Origin: Anaerohalosphaeraceae bacterium
GTDB lineage: Bacteria; Planctomycetota; Phycisphaerae; Sedimentisphaerales; Anaerohalosphaeraceae
NCBI GenBank assembly: GCA_963675525.2
Contig: CAXXSL010000011.1
Coordinates: 288,001 to 352,000, forward strand
Reading direction: 5' to 3'
Length of the DNA: 64,000 nt
Notes under the pieces: generated by a model
Told to the model about the DNA's origin: nothing
What the model saw: the letters and a program-made list of their open reading frames with translations, nothing else
The model's database searches: none
Shown: in pieces, positions 38,709 to 48,510 of the stretch
Layout: every line of letters begins with the position of its first letter
Position numbering within the stretch: the first letter of the stretch is position 1
Program-made: the position numbers and the translations under genes

Positions 38709-40451
38709 CTAATCGCCAGACGGCTGGCCTTTCTCAAAATCCTGAATCTGCTTACGAATAGCCTCTGCTTGTCGGCGTGTCTCTTTAACCTGCCTGGTAA
38801 GTTCATTGGCCTTGCGCTCGGCCTTTTCCAGTTCTTCCTGGGCCTTTTGAGCCTGGGCTTTGGCCGCTTCGGCCTCTTTGGCAGCTTTTTCTATTTCCGC
38901 ATAAGTCTGTGACATTTTCGCCTGCTGGGCCTGGGCCTCCTTGGCGGCTGCTTCGGTCTGAGATTCTGAGGCCTTCTTCTGAGCCTGGGCCTTGTCGACC
39001 ATGGCTTGGGCCTGCCGGGCCTGAACACGCATCGCCTCGGCCTCAAGAGCTGCCTCTTCTGCACGAAGCCGCTGTTGCTGGGCCAGCCGGTTGACTTCCG
39101 CCGTCTGGACCTGCAGCCTAATTTTTTCCGATTCCGCAGCATCAGCCTCTTTACCGACAAGATCGGAATAAGCCTTTGTTCCCATCGGATCAGTCATCAA
39201 CTCATCCCAATCGGACACTTGCGATGACGATTCAAACTTCTCCCTGACCATATCGGCCATAAGCTGATAATCCATGCCCCCGGAAGAGATGCTCGGCGTC
39301 AGGATAAAAACGATCTCGGTCGCATTCTCTTCAAAATCCTTGCTCGAGAACAAAATCCCGATCAGAGGAAGGTCCTTAAAAAACGGTACACCACGGACCA
39401 CCGAGCGATTTTCCGCCTTCCGCATCCCCCCGATCACAAGACTTTTTCCCGGTTCGATCCGGTTTTCCGCGATATCAATCGAGCGTTCCGTGATAATGGA
39501 TGTCTGAACAACCCCTTCCGGCTTGGATTTGGAACCGATCACAATATTGGTCTTCAGCCCGATCGAACCATCCGCATAAACATAAGGCGTTACCGTCAAC
39601 GTATCCGATACATCTTTATAATCCGTAACGGAATACACATTATTTCTTTCCGTCACCGTTTTCTCAACCGGCGCACGATCCTTGATCTGAACCCGCGCCG
39701 ACTTGCCGTTCACAGTTTCCAGCGTGGGATTCATCAGGATTTTCAGATAACCGCGGGACTCCAGCATGTCCACCACCGCGCGAACCTGATGGCCGGGAAT
39801 CCCCTGATTCATCCAGTAACCGAAATCCAGACCGAACTCCCCCCGCCGGCTTTCCCGCAGTGCCGCGCCCGGAAAGACTGGGTTAGGATACTTGCTTTCC
39901 CCCAGCGTGATTTCCTGGCCGAATAAGTTCTCTATCAGCAGCGTCGTTTCCCAGTCCTTGGTCACATCTCCGAACCGCTCCAGAATCAGACAATCAACAT
40001 GCACCTGGATTGGCGGCACATCCGTCTTGGCAAGATACGACAGCACCTGATCGCATTCGGCATCATCGGCGCAATGAATAATTAACTGGTTCGTACTCGG
40101 ATTACTGCTGACCTTGAACCCCAGATCCCGGATTGTCCCCCCGTACCCCTGCATCTTCTTTTCCAGATTCTTATCTTTATGCGAAAAATTCAGATCCCCC
40201 ACCGGCATGTATTTCGTGAAATAGAAAAGTTTCACCCCGTCGGCAACCTTCAGTCGTTGCGGGCCGTCCTGATAAACCTGCGGTAGCGGATTGCCGATAT
40301 TCGGGTTTTCTCGCACACGGCTGATGTCACGAATCACCGCTTTCGATTCGACTTCGGTGCTTTTTTTCTCAAAAAGGTCGCCGCACCCCCCCAATACCAC
40401 AGACAGACCACATCCGGCGGCTATCATTAAGATTGATTTAATAAACGTCAT
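38709..40451 (-). CDS. Lipoprotein secretin-domain protein with coiled-coil tail (paralog 1)
   Basis: Lipobox LGGC; GVPFFKDLPLIGILFS...EIVFILTP; A/Q-rich helical C-terminus. Confidence 0.82.
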   Translation of the reverse strand: MTFIKSILMIAAGCGLSVVLGGCGDLFEKKSTEVESKAVIRDISRVRENPNIGNPLPQVYQDGPQRLKVADGVKLFYFTKYMPVGDLNFSHKDKNLEKKMQGYGGTIRDLGFKVSSNPSTNQLIIHCADDAECDQVLSYLAKTDVPPIQVHVDCLILERFGDVTKDWETTLLIENLFGQEITLGESKYPNPVFPGAALRESRRGEFGLDFGYWMNQGIPGHQVRAVVDMLESRGYLKILMNPTLETVNGKSARVQIKDRAPVEKTVTERNNVYSVTDYKDVSDTLTVTPYVYADGSIGLKTNIVIGSKSKPEGVVQTSIITERSIDIAENRIEPGKSLVIGGMRKAENRSVVRGVPFFKDLPLIGILFSSKDFEENATEIVFILTPSISSGGMDYQLMADMVREKFESSSQVSDWDELMTDPMGTKAYSDLVGKEADAAESEKIRLQVQTAEVNRLAQQQRLRAEEAALEAEAMRVQARQAQAMVDKAQAQKKASESQTEAAAKEAQAQQAKMSQTYAEIEKAAKEAEAAKAQAQKAQEELEKAERKANELTRQVKETRRQAEAIRKQIQDFEKGQPSGD

Positions 40452-40720
40452 TTAGCATCTTAAATAAACACTGTTGGTTATGTCGCAGTATAGATGAAAT
40501 CGCTTCACGTCCCTGCATTCGTTTATCGGCAATGGTCGGGTTTTTTCTAAAACGAAAAAAAATCACCACCGTTTCTAATTGCTGCATCCAAGCCCCTCTT
40601 TTATCTATACTTTTATACGTTTTTCGATACCATTGATATTGCATTTTCTTATAAGAAATAGTGCTTTCATGCACAACATTCTTTATGGATTTTTGTGCTA
40701 TTTTTTGCTATTCTCTGGCA

Positions 40721-42076
40721 ATGATGACAAAAACCAACAAAAAGCCGCCCGTCACCGTCGGTTTTGTGGCTCTCGGATGCCCTAAAAACATGGTGGACAG
40801 CGAATCCATGCTCGCCCGCATTGGTCAGGCCGACTATATTCTCAGCCCGGACCCCGACAACGCCGACGTCTGCGTCATCAACACCTGCGGCTTCATCGCC
40901 CCGGCCAAAGAGGAGGCTCTGGAGGCCATCCGGCAAGCCGTTCGCCAAAAGAAAGCCGGCTGCATCCGAAAGATCGTCGTCACAGGTTGTCTATCCGAAC
41001 GGATGGGCGAAGCACTCGCCGCCGAGGTCCCCGGCATCGATGCCGTCGTCGGACTCGGCCAGCGTGATCGCATCGCCGAGATTATCGCCGACTGCCTGAA
41101 CGCCAAAAAGGCCCGTCCCGCGAAAACCTACATGGAATCCGCGGGCATCGATATCCACGACGACCGAGGCCGCCTGCTCATTACCCCGCAGCACTGGGCC
41201 TACCTCCGCATCAGCGAAGGCTGCGACCGCAAATGCACCTTCTGCACCATCCCCGCCATCCGCGGCCGCTTCCGAAGCAAACCGATGGCGATGGTCCTGA
41301 ACGAGGCGAAGGAACTGGTCGATTTCGGGGCTGTCGAGCTGAGCCTTATCGCCCAGGACAGCAACTATTACGGCAAAGACACAAGCCTCAAAAACGGGCT
41401 GTCAACCCTCATCTGCGAGATGGAAAAGCTCTCGGCCCTCAAATGGCTCCGGCTGATGTACCTCTATCCGGCGGGCATCGACAACGACCTCATCCAAACC
41501 TTCGCTGACAGCGAAAAGGTCGTCCCCTATATCGACATGCCCATCCAGCACATCAATAACGACATCCTGAAATCGATGCGCCGCGCCGACACTAAAGAAC
41601 ACTCCGTCTCGCTCATCGAGAAACTCCGCGCAGCCATACCCGGCGTGACCCTGCGCACCACCATCATCACCGGCTACCCCGGCGAGAGCGACCAGCAGTT
41701 CGCCGAATTGCTGGACTTTGTCAAATGGGCACAGTTTGACGCCCTCGGTTGTTTCCCGTTTTTTGCCGAACCCGGCACCCCCGCCGCCGACATGCCAGGC
41801 CAGGTTCCCGACGACATCAAGGACGAACGCACCGACCGCCTCATGAGCCTCCAGCAGACCATCATCTTTGACAAGATGGATTCGCAAATCGGTGGCGAGC
41901 GGATCGTACTTGTCGATGAGGTCGACGACAATGGCGCGATCGGCCGTCACGCCGGACAGGCCCCCCACGTCGACAGCATCTGCCGAATCGAAAACTGCGC
42001 CGCCCGCCCCGGCCAATTCATCCAAACCAAAATAACCAGTCGCGACGACTACGACTTTATCGTGAATCCGGTATAA
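40721..42076 (+). CDS. rimO: Ribosomal protein S12 methylthiotransferase
   Basis: LGCPKNMVDSE, INTCGFI, YLRISEGCDRKCTFCTIP, C-terminal TRAM. Confidence 0.95.
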   Translation: MMTKTNKKPPVTVGFVALGCPKNMVDSESMLARIGQADYILSPDPDNADVCVINTCGFIAPAKEEALEAIRQAVRQKKAGCIRKIVVTGCLSERMGEALAAEVPGIDAVVGLGQRDRIAEIIADCLNAKKARPAKTYMESAGIDIHDDRGRLLITPQHWAYLRISEGCDRKCTFCTIPAIRGRFRSKPMAMVLNEAKELVDFGAVELSLIAQDSNYYGKDTSLKNGLSTLICEMEKLSALKWLRLMYLYPAGIDNDLIQTFADSEKVVPYIDMPIQHINNDILKSMRRADTKEHSVSLIEKLRAAIPGVTLRTTIITGYPGESDQQFAELLDFVKWAQFDALGCFPFFAEPGTPAADMPGQVPDDIKDERTDRLMSLQQTIIFDKMDSQIGGERIVLVDEVDDNGAIGRHAGQAPHVDSICRIENCAARPGQFIQTKITSRDDYDFIVNPV

Positions 42077-42211
42077 GGCTTGAGACTCGAGTTCTGTGTT
42101 TTTGTTTCATCTTTTAATATTTGAATTTGGACCTTGTTTGGAATTTAGTGGTTGGAAATCGAAATTTCCTGTCTTGCCCGCAGGCCCAAAGCCGGTTATA
42201 ATCCAAGCAAT

Positions 42212-42832
42212 ATGGAAGACGTAAACAAAAAAGGCGTTATCCGGCACGTTCCCAACGCCCTGACCGTCGGGCGGCTGGTGATGACCGTCGTCATCATGGC
42301 TCTTATCATCCACGCCCCGTCCGTCGGCGACAAGCCCGCCGATCTGCTGCTCGGTGCCTTCATACTCTTCGTCATCACCGGCCTGACCGACATCGTAGAC
42401 GGCTACCTGGCCCGTAAGTTCGAGGTCACCAGCAAGTTCGGCCGCACCGTGGACCCCCTCGCCGACAAATTCCTCGTCTGTGGGGCCTTTTTCTGCTTTG
42501 CCTGGGTCAACCAGCCGAAAATGGCTTGTTTCGGCTTCTCCGAAATGACGCTCGATGTGATTCGCTGGGGTACGGCTATCATCATTTTCGCTCGCGAGAT
42601 CATCGTCCAGACACTCCGCCACATCGCCGAAAGCCGCGGCGTTCAGTTCGGTGCTATCTGGTCCGGCAAACTCAAAATGTTCCTTCAGTCATTCGGCATC
42701 GGAACCGTCATCATCGGTTGGGCCTATGTCTCACGCCCTTGGGGCGATTGGTTCACCATCATCACCTACGCCCTGATGGTGTTCATGACAGTCTTCTCTG
42801 GCATCCAATCATTAACCCGCAGGATAAAATAA
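42212..42832 (+). CDS. pgsA: CDP-alcohol phosphatidyltransferase (PgsA-like)
   Basis: PNALT..R and TDIVDGYLARK...FG..VDPLADK. Confidence 0.88.
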   Translation: MEDVNKKGVIRHVPNALTVGRLVMTVVIMALIIHAPSVGDKPADLLLGAFILFVITGLTDIVDGYLARKFEVTSKFGRTVDPLADKFLVCGAFFCFAWVNQPKMACFGFSEMTLDVIRWGTAIIIFAREIIVQTLRHIAESRGVQFGAIWSGKLKMFLQSFGIGTVIIGWAYVSRPWGDWFTIITYALMVFMTVFSGIQSLTRRIK

Positions 42833-42838
42833 CAGCTC

Positions 42839-42872
42839 ACTGATAACTGATTACTGGTAACTGTAACTGATA
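42839..42872 (+). repeat. Heptamer tandem repeat (ACTGATA-like, 5 units)
   Basis: actgata actgatt actggta actgta actgata, immediately before the next RBS. Confidence 0.7.
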
Positions 42873-42884
42873 AGGAGCAAGCGA

Positions 42885-43355
42885 ATGCAGGACGATCCGA
42901 AACTGTTGGCAAATGAATCAATGCAGTTGGAATACAATACCGCAACCCTGTACAAAATCTTTCGTGAAATTTGCCCTGAAGATGCCGGGTTCTGGAGCCA
43001 ACTGGTTTCAGAGGAGCTCAATCATGCAGCCCTTATCAAAAGTGGCATCGAATTTTTTATGACTCAGGGACTTTTCCCCTATGAAATGCTCGTCAACAAC
43101 CTTGACATACTGCGGGAGATCAACCGGGAATTGACCGGACTGATCAAACAGTATAATATCAAACTCCCATCCAGAGAAACGGCGTTTGCGACGGCCCTGG
43201 AGATCGAATCCTCCGCGAGCGAGACCCACTTCCAGAACATGATGTCAAACCCGGAGGCTCCCAAAATGGTCCAACTGTTCCAAAAACTCAACAACGATGA
43301 TAAGGATCACGCCGAACGCATCCGGGCCTACATGAAAGAAAAAGGCATCAAATAA
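42885..43355 (+). CDS. Ferritin-like (rubrerythrin-type) four-helix protein
   Basis: EELNH and DDKDH motifs, FWSQL, ALEIESS. Confidence 0.7.
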   Translation: MQDDPKLLANESMQLEYNTATLYKIFREICPEDAGFWSQLVSEELNHAALIKSGIEFFMTQGLFPYEMLVNNLDILREINRELTGLIKQYNIKLPSRETAFATALEIESSASETHFQNMMSNPEAPKMVQLFQKLNNDDKDHAERIRAYMKEKGIK

Positions 43356-43395
43356 GCAAAACCAAAAGCCCGAAACGTACCTGTGCGTCATCCCA

Positions 43396-43423
43396 TGTCA
43401 TTCCCGCACAGGCGAGAATCCAG
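43396..43423. repeat. Extragenic palindromic repeat, copy 2
   Basis: TGTCATTCCCGCACAGGCGAGAATCCAG (2 mismatches to copy 1). Confidence 0.7.
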
Positions 43424-43502
43424 TTGTAATTGTATTTCTCTACAAGACAAGTCGTAGCCTGCGTAATCTGTGCTCAAAAGCAGTCCAATTCGCGCAGCAA
43501 AA

Positions 43503-43531
43503 CAGGCCGGCGCATCAACACCGCCGGCCTG
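43503..43531 (-). terminator. Terminator between convergent genes
   Basis: CAGGCCGGCG-N9-CGCCGGCCTG, with AAAA on the + strand side. Confidence 0.65.
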
Positions 43532-43563
43532 CGGGTGTGTCATCGATCAGACAGCCGCGGCAC

Positions 43564-43947
43564 CTACGCCAACGCGTCGGCGACAGCGTTCAGCAGCGTT
43601 TCCGGCTTGACCGGTTTCTCAAGGATCTGCTTGACCGGCAGCCAGGTCTCGTCCGGCTCGAACCCGAACGGCAGGTTCATTTCCCTGCGGACGCCTGTGA
43701 CCATAATCACCGGGGTGCCCTTGACTTCGTCGATGCTTTGAAGCTCACGGGCTACATTGAACCCCTCATCGCGGGTCGTCATCATCACGTCCAACAGGAT
43801 CAGGTCGGGGTTTTGGGCTTTTGCCGCCGCAACACCGTCTTTTCCGTTGGAGGCTGAGGCCACTTCGTACCCGCGTGCCTCCAACAGGTTGACTATCGAT
43901 TCAACAAAATCGTTGTCGTCGTCAATAACCAGTATTTTATTCGCCAT
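43564..43947 (-). CDS. Single-domain response regulator
   Basis: KILVIDDD, PDLILLDVMM, VIMVTG, EKP. Confidence 0.92.
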   Translation of the reverse strand: MANKILVIDDDNDFVESIVNLLEARGYEVASASNGKDGVAAAKAQNPDLILLDVMMTTRDEGFNVARELQSIDEVKGTPVIMVTGVRREMNLPFGFEPDETWLPVKQILEKPVKPETLLNAVADALA

Positions 43948-44055
43948 CTTGTGTCTCCTTTGTTCAAAAATTAAAGTTTCGGATATTCTATGGACTTATA
44001 CAACATGTTTCAATGTCTTTTTGAATTTCACAATAACCGCAGCTGAAACGGCCGC

Positions 44056-44547
44056 TTATTTCACTGCCTTTCGATACTGATTCAAGAGGTCGATCGTTTT
44101 GTTCGAGTCCAGCTCGCCGTAAATCTTATCATCAATCATCACGACCGGGGCGATCCCGCAGGCCCCCAGACACCGTGCTTCCTGCAGAGTAAACAGTTTA
44201 TCTTCCGTGGTGCCGCCAACTTCAAGATTCAGATGTTTTTTGATCGCCTCCAGCACCTTGTCGGCACCTTTGACATAGCAGGCCGTGCCCATGCAAACGC
44301 TGACGACATGCTTTCCAATCGGCTTAAGGTTGAAGTAGTGATAAAACGTCGCCACCCCCCAGATATGAGCCGTCGGAATCTGCATTTTTTCGGCCACCTC
44401 ATCCATCATCTCCCGCGGCAGATAGCCAAAGATCGACTGTACTTTATGCAATACCGCGATCAGATAGGACTCTGCGTATTCTTTTTGGTTGACCTCGTCG
44501 ATAAACGTGCGAAGCTCGTCCATTTTATCCTGTGCTATTTCTATCAT
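44056..44547 (-). CDS. hydC: NuoE-like [2Fe-2S] subunit of a multimeric [FeFe]-hydrogenase
   Basis: VATFY, CMGTAC, CLGAC..AP. Confidence 0.9.
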   Translation of the reverse strand: MIEIAQDKMDELRTFIDEVNQKEYAESYLIAVLHKVQSIFGYLPREMMDEVAEKMQIPTAHIWGVATFYHYFNLKPIGKHVVSVCMGTACYVKGADKVLEAIKKHLNLEVGGTTEDKLFTLQEARCLGACGIAPVVMIDDKIYGELDSNKTIDLLNQYRKAVK

Positions 44548-44562
44548 CGTTTAACTCCAGTT

Positions 44563-46332
44563 TTATAGTTGGGTTTTGGGAACGATCCCCACCGGGGTTT
44601 TCTTCTTGTAATGGGTATGCAGATACTTGTGTGAGACTTTGCTCAACGGGCTGTGCAGGAACTCTTTGTACAGCTTCTGGACGTCGGGGTTGTCGTGGCT
44701 CCGCCGGATGGTCTTGGCGCGATCCAGATCATAGAGCGCTTCGGCGCGTTTTTTCAGCGCCTCGTCATCCAGTGGAATAGTATTGACCTGTGCATAGGGC
44801 TGACCGCCGCCGCCGACACACCCGCCGGGACATCCCATGATCTCGATGAAGTGATATTTATCGGGATCGCGGCGTACCTCATCGAGTAGTTTGCAGGCGT
44901 TGCCCAGTCCGTGAGCCACCGCCACGCGGATCTCTTTGCCGTCGATATTGATCTTGCCTTCCTTGATGCCTTTGAGGCCGCGAATGGCTGCGACTTCGAT
45001 GTCCACCAGCGTTTCGCCCGTGTAGAGTTCATAGGCTGTCCGAATCGCTGCTTCCATCACGCCGCCGGTGGTGCCAAAAATCGCCCCGGCCCCGCTGGAA
45101 ACGCCCAGCGGATGGTCCGGCTCTTCCGGTTCGATACCAAGCAGATCGATACCGGCGGATTTAATCATCCATGCCGCCTCCCGCGTGGTAACGACGATGT
45201 CGGTACTTCGCATGCCATCGACTTCCAGTTCCGGCCGGGCCGCTTCGTATTTCTTGGCGGTACAGCACATCACGGCAACGCTTAAGATCTTCTTCGGATC
45301 GACATCGATCTTGTTTGCAAAATGGGATTTGGTGATCGCACTTTGCATCGACATCGGAGATTTGCATGTCGAAATGTTATCGATCAGGTCCGGGTAAAAC
45401 TGCTCCATACACTTCATCCAGGCGCTGGAACAGGATGTAATCATCGGGAGCGTTCCGCCATTCTGGAAACGCTCCAAAAATTCGCTGCCCTCTTCCATGA
45501 TCGTTAGGTCCGCGGCAAACTGCGTATCAAAGACATAATCAAACCCGAGCTTGCGAAGAGCTGCGACCAATTCGCCTTCCATATTGCGTCCTGGTTCAAG
45601 GCCAAAAGCCTCACCGATCGCCGCACGCACGGAGGGAGCGAACTGGGCCACCTTAATCAAGTCCGGGTCATTGAGCTTTTCGAACAGTTCCTGCGTGTAA
45701 TTCTTTTCGAGGAACGCTGCGGTGGGACAGACATTGATGCACTGTCCGCATGCGGTACAGACACTGTCGCCCATGGGCATGTTGTACGCCGGCATCACGA
45801 CAGTATTGAAACCGCGATGGGCCTGGGTCAGATTATGGACCTGCTGAATTTCAGAGCACATCCGGACGCAGCGTCCGCACAGGATACATTTGTCCGGGTC
45901 GCGAATGACCGCATCGCTGGACAGGTCCTTTTCGTAATGCTTTTTTTCGCCTTCAAAGTGGCGGTGGCGAATACCCATCGATGCCGCCAGCCTCTGCAAC
46001 TCGCAGTTTCCGTCACGCTCGCAGGTATGACAATCGAGTGGATGGTTATCGAGAATCAATTCGATTATATCCCGACGTGCCTTACGCAGTAATTGTGTAT
46101 TTGTGTGGATCTTCATGCCGTCGCTGACGGGAAACGCACAGGACGCCACATAGTTTCTTGCACCTTCGACTTCAACGATACACACGCGGCAAGCGCCCTC
46201 AATCGAAAGCTTGGGATGGTAGCAGAGTCTCGGGATATGAAAGCCCAATTTATCGGCTGCCTGCATGATCGTCTGTCCGAGATCAACCTGGTATTCTTTA
46301 TTATTAATATGAATTGTAATTTTATCAGTCAT
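44563..46332 (-). CDS. hydA: [FeFe]-hydrogenase catalytic subunit (group A)
   Basis: N-terminal 2Fe-2S/4Fe-4S motifs; H-cluster motifs ITSCSSAW, VMCCTAKKYE and EIMGCPGGCVGGGGQP; ADLTIMEE. Confidence 0.95.
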   Translation of the reverse strand: MTDKITIHINNKEYQVDLGQTIMQAADKLGFHIPRLCYHPKLSIEGACRVCIVEVEGARNYVASCAFPVSDGMKIHTNTQLLRKARRDIIELILDNHPLDCHTCERDGNCELQRLAASMGIRHRHFEGEKKHYEKDLSSDAVIRDPDKCILCGRCVRMCSEIQQVHNLTQAHRGFNTVVMPAYNMPMGDSVCTACGQCINVCPTAAFLEKNYTQELFEKLNDPDLIKVAQFAPSVRAAIGEAFGLEPGRNMEGELVAALRKLGFDYVFDTQFAADLTIMEEGSEFLERFQNGGTLPMITSCSSAWMKCMEQFYPDLIDNISTCKSPMSMQSAITKSHFANKIDVDPKKILSVAVMCCTAKKYEAARPELEVDGMRSTDIVVTTREAAWMIKSAGIDLLGIEPEEPDHPLGVSSGAGAIFGTTGGVMEAAIRTAYELYTGETLVDIEVAAIRGLKGIKEGKINIDGKEIRVAVAHGLGNACKLLDEVRRDPDKYHFIEIMGCPGGCVGGGGQPYAQVNTIPLDDEALKKRAEALYDLDRAKTIRRSHDNPDVQKLYKEFLHSPLSKVSHKYLHTHYKKKTPVGIVPKTQL

Positions 46333-46340
46333 TATTATCC

Positions 46341-48134
46341 TCACGCTTTTGTAATCGCATCGAATTTACATGCATCATAACATTGTCCGCACCGGATACA
46401 GACATCTTCGAGTATACGGTGTTTTTCTTTACGAGTGCCTTCAACGGCATTAACAGGGCAAACACGTTTGCAGGCACCGCAGCCGACACACTTGTCGTTG
46501 ACCACATAGCTCAACAGTGCAGCACATTGTCCGGCCCGGCATTTTTTCTCACGAATATGTTCTTCGTATTCTTCACGGAAGTTCTTAATCGTGCTCAGGA
46601 TCGGATTCGGAGCGGACTGTCCAAGACCGCACAGCGACGACTTCTGGATCATCCGTCCCAAACGCTGGAGCTTTTCGATATCGCCTTCTTTGCCATTGCC
46701 TTTGGTAATCCGCGTCAGGATTTCCAGCATGCGTTTGGTTCCTTCGCGGCACGGGGTACATTTGCCACAGGATTCGTCCTGTGTAAATTCAATGAAGAAG
46801 CGGGCCAGGCTGACCATACAGGAATCTTCATCAATAACGATCATGCCGCCGGAACCCATGATGGAACCGGCCTTGGCCAGCGATTCGTAATCGATCTGCG
46901 TATCGAGATACTCGGCGGGCAAACAGCCGCCACTGGGACCGCCGGTCTGAATGGCCTTGAACGGCTTATCATTGGGGATGCCGCCGCCGATGTCATAGAC
47001 GATTTTGCGAAGGGTGGTGCCCATCGGGACTTCGACCAGGCCGGTATTTCGAACCTTTCCGGCCAATGCGAACACTTTGGTGCCTTTACTGGTTTCGGTA
47101 CCGATTGCATTGAACCAATCTCCGCCGTCCAGAACGATAACAGGAATATTGGCCCACGTTTCTACATTGTTGATCAGCGTCGGCTTGCCGAATAATCCGC
47201 TGACCGACGGGTACGGCGGACGCGGACGCGGCATCCCGCGAGCACCTTCGATCGAACGGATAAGGGCCGTTTCTTCGCCGCACACAAATGCTCCGGCACC
47301 CAATCTAATTTCAATATCAAATGAGAAGTCAGAGTCGAGAATGTTGTCTCCGAGTAAGCCGTGTTCCCTGGCGGCGGCGATGGCTTTTTCAAGTCGCGCA
47401 ATCGCCAGCGGATACTCGGCCCGAATATAGATAATTCCTTTTCTGGAACCGATTGCGTAACCGGCAATGACCATGCCCTCCAGCACCGTATGTGGGTCAC
47501 CTTCAATGGCACTGCGATCCATAAACGCTCCGGGATCGCCCTCGTCAGCATTACAGATAACATATTTTTCGTCAGACTTTTGATTGGCGGTAAATTCCCA
47601 TTTCAAACCGGTAGGAAATCCGGCCCCGCCGCGGCCGCGAAGACCGCTTTTTTTCACCTCTGCGACCACGTCGGTCGGTTTCATTTCGGTTAACACTTTG
47701 GCCAACGCCTCATAGCCGCGAACCGACAGATAATCGTCGATGTTTTCCGGGTCGATGATGCCGCAATTTCGCAGGGTGATACGCATCTGCTTGCCGAAAA
47801 AATCCACATCACCAAAGATACGAAAGAACCGATTATAAAGATGGTCCTCCTGAATTACTTTTCCGGCAACCGGATTACCTTCCACCAGATGTGATTTGAT
47901 AATTGCCGGAATATCCTCCGGTTGCACCTGCCCGTACATGACATAGCCCGGATTGACAATCAAAATCGGCCCTTTTTTACACATCCCCAGACAACCGCTT
48001 AAATGAATACTCACCTGACCGCTGAGTCCCTGCTTTTCGATCTCGGATTCTATACTCTCTCTGATTTCCCTGGACCGATTATGAATGCAGGTGGGGCCAT
48101 CACATAATGTCAGCTTATATTTTTGATCATTCAC
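46341..48134 (-). CDS. hydB: NuoF-like FMN/NADH-binding subunit of a bifurcating-type hydrogenase
   Basis: SGLRGRGGAGFPTG, NADEGDPGAFMD, CGEETAL, SCGKCTPCREG, C-terminal 2x[4Fe-4S]; GTG start with an AGGGAG RBS. Confidence 0.93.
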   Translation of the reverse strand: MNDQKYKLTLCDGPTCIHNRSREIRESIESEIEKQGLSGQVSIHLSGCLGMCKKGPILIVNPGYVMYGQVQPEDIPAIIKSHLVEGNPVAGKVIQEDHLYNRFFRIFGDVDFFGKQMRITLRNCGIIDPENIDDYLSVRGYEALAKVLTEMKPTDVVAEVKKSGLRGRGGAGFPTGLKWEFTANQKSDEKYVICNADEGDPGAFMDRSAIEGDPHTVLEGMVIAGYAIGSRKGIIYIRAEYPLAIARLEKAIAAAREHGLLGDNILDSDFSFDIEIRLGAGAFVCGEETALIRSIEGARGMPRPRPPYPSVSGLFGKPTLINNVETWANIPVIVLDGGDWFNAIGTETSKGTKVFALAGKVRNTGLVEVPMGTTLRKIVYDIGGGIPNDKPFKAIQTGGPSGGCLPAEYLDTQIDYESLAKAGSIMGSGGMIVIDEDSCMVSLARFFIEFTQDESCGKCTPCREGTKRMLEILTRITKGNGKEGDIEKLQRLGRMIQKSSLCGLGQSAPNPILSTIKNFREEYEEHIREKKCRAGQCAALLSYVVNDKCVGCGACKRVCPVNAVEGTRKEKHRILEDVCIRCGQCYDACKFDAITKA

Positions 48135-48151
48135 GTGTTGTTCTCCCTTTC

Positions 48152-48505
48152 TCAGATCAACCACTCGGTGATTACCTCACCTTTTTTCAAATGCCGTTCA
48201 ATAATTTCGCGAGCCCTCTCGGACGTTACTTTACCGTACTTGACAGGGATTTTGCCTTCTTCGACAACTTCGACAGTCGGCTCAAGATTGCACCGACCGG
48301 CACATCCCTTCTGGCTGAGATACACATCCGTCAGGCCATTGGCAATCGCCTGGCGAAACTCAGCCATCACTTCTTTAGAGCCGGCAGCGATCTCACAGGT
48401 AGCCATTCCCACATACACGCGTTTGGTGGAAAGATAACCCTTACTGATAATGCGATTGACCGCCTGAGCACGCTTCTTTTTAATAATGTCTATCGGTGTC
48501 ACCAC
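48152..48505 (-). CDS. Thioredoxin-like [2Fe-2S] ferredoxin subunit (HydD/HndB-like)
   Basis: VGMATCEIAAG, GCAGRCNLEP. Confidence 0.85.
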   Translation of the reverse strand: MVTPIDIIKKKRAQAVNRIISKGYLSTKRVYVGMATCEIAAGSKEVMAEFRQAIANGLTDVYLSQKGCAGRCNLEPTVEVVEEGKIPVKYGKVTSERAREIIERHLKKGEVITEWLI

Positions 48506-48510
48506 TTTTG

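Noticed and set aside
42105..42872. Short periodic repeats as a CRISPR array
   Set aside because: Units are ~7 bp with no spacers and there are no cas genes; no CRISPR array was seen anywhere in the window.
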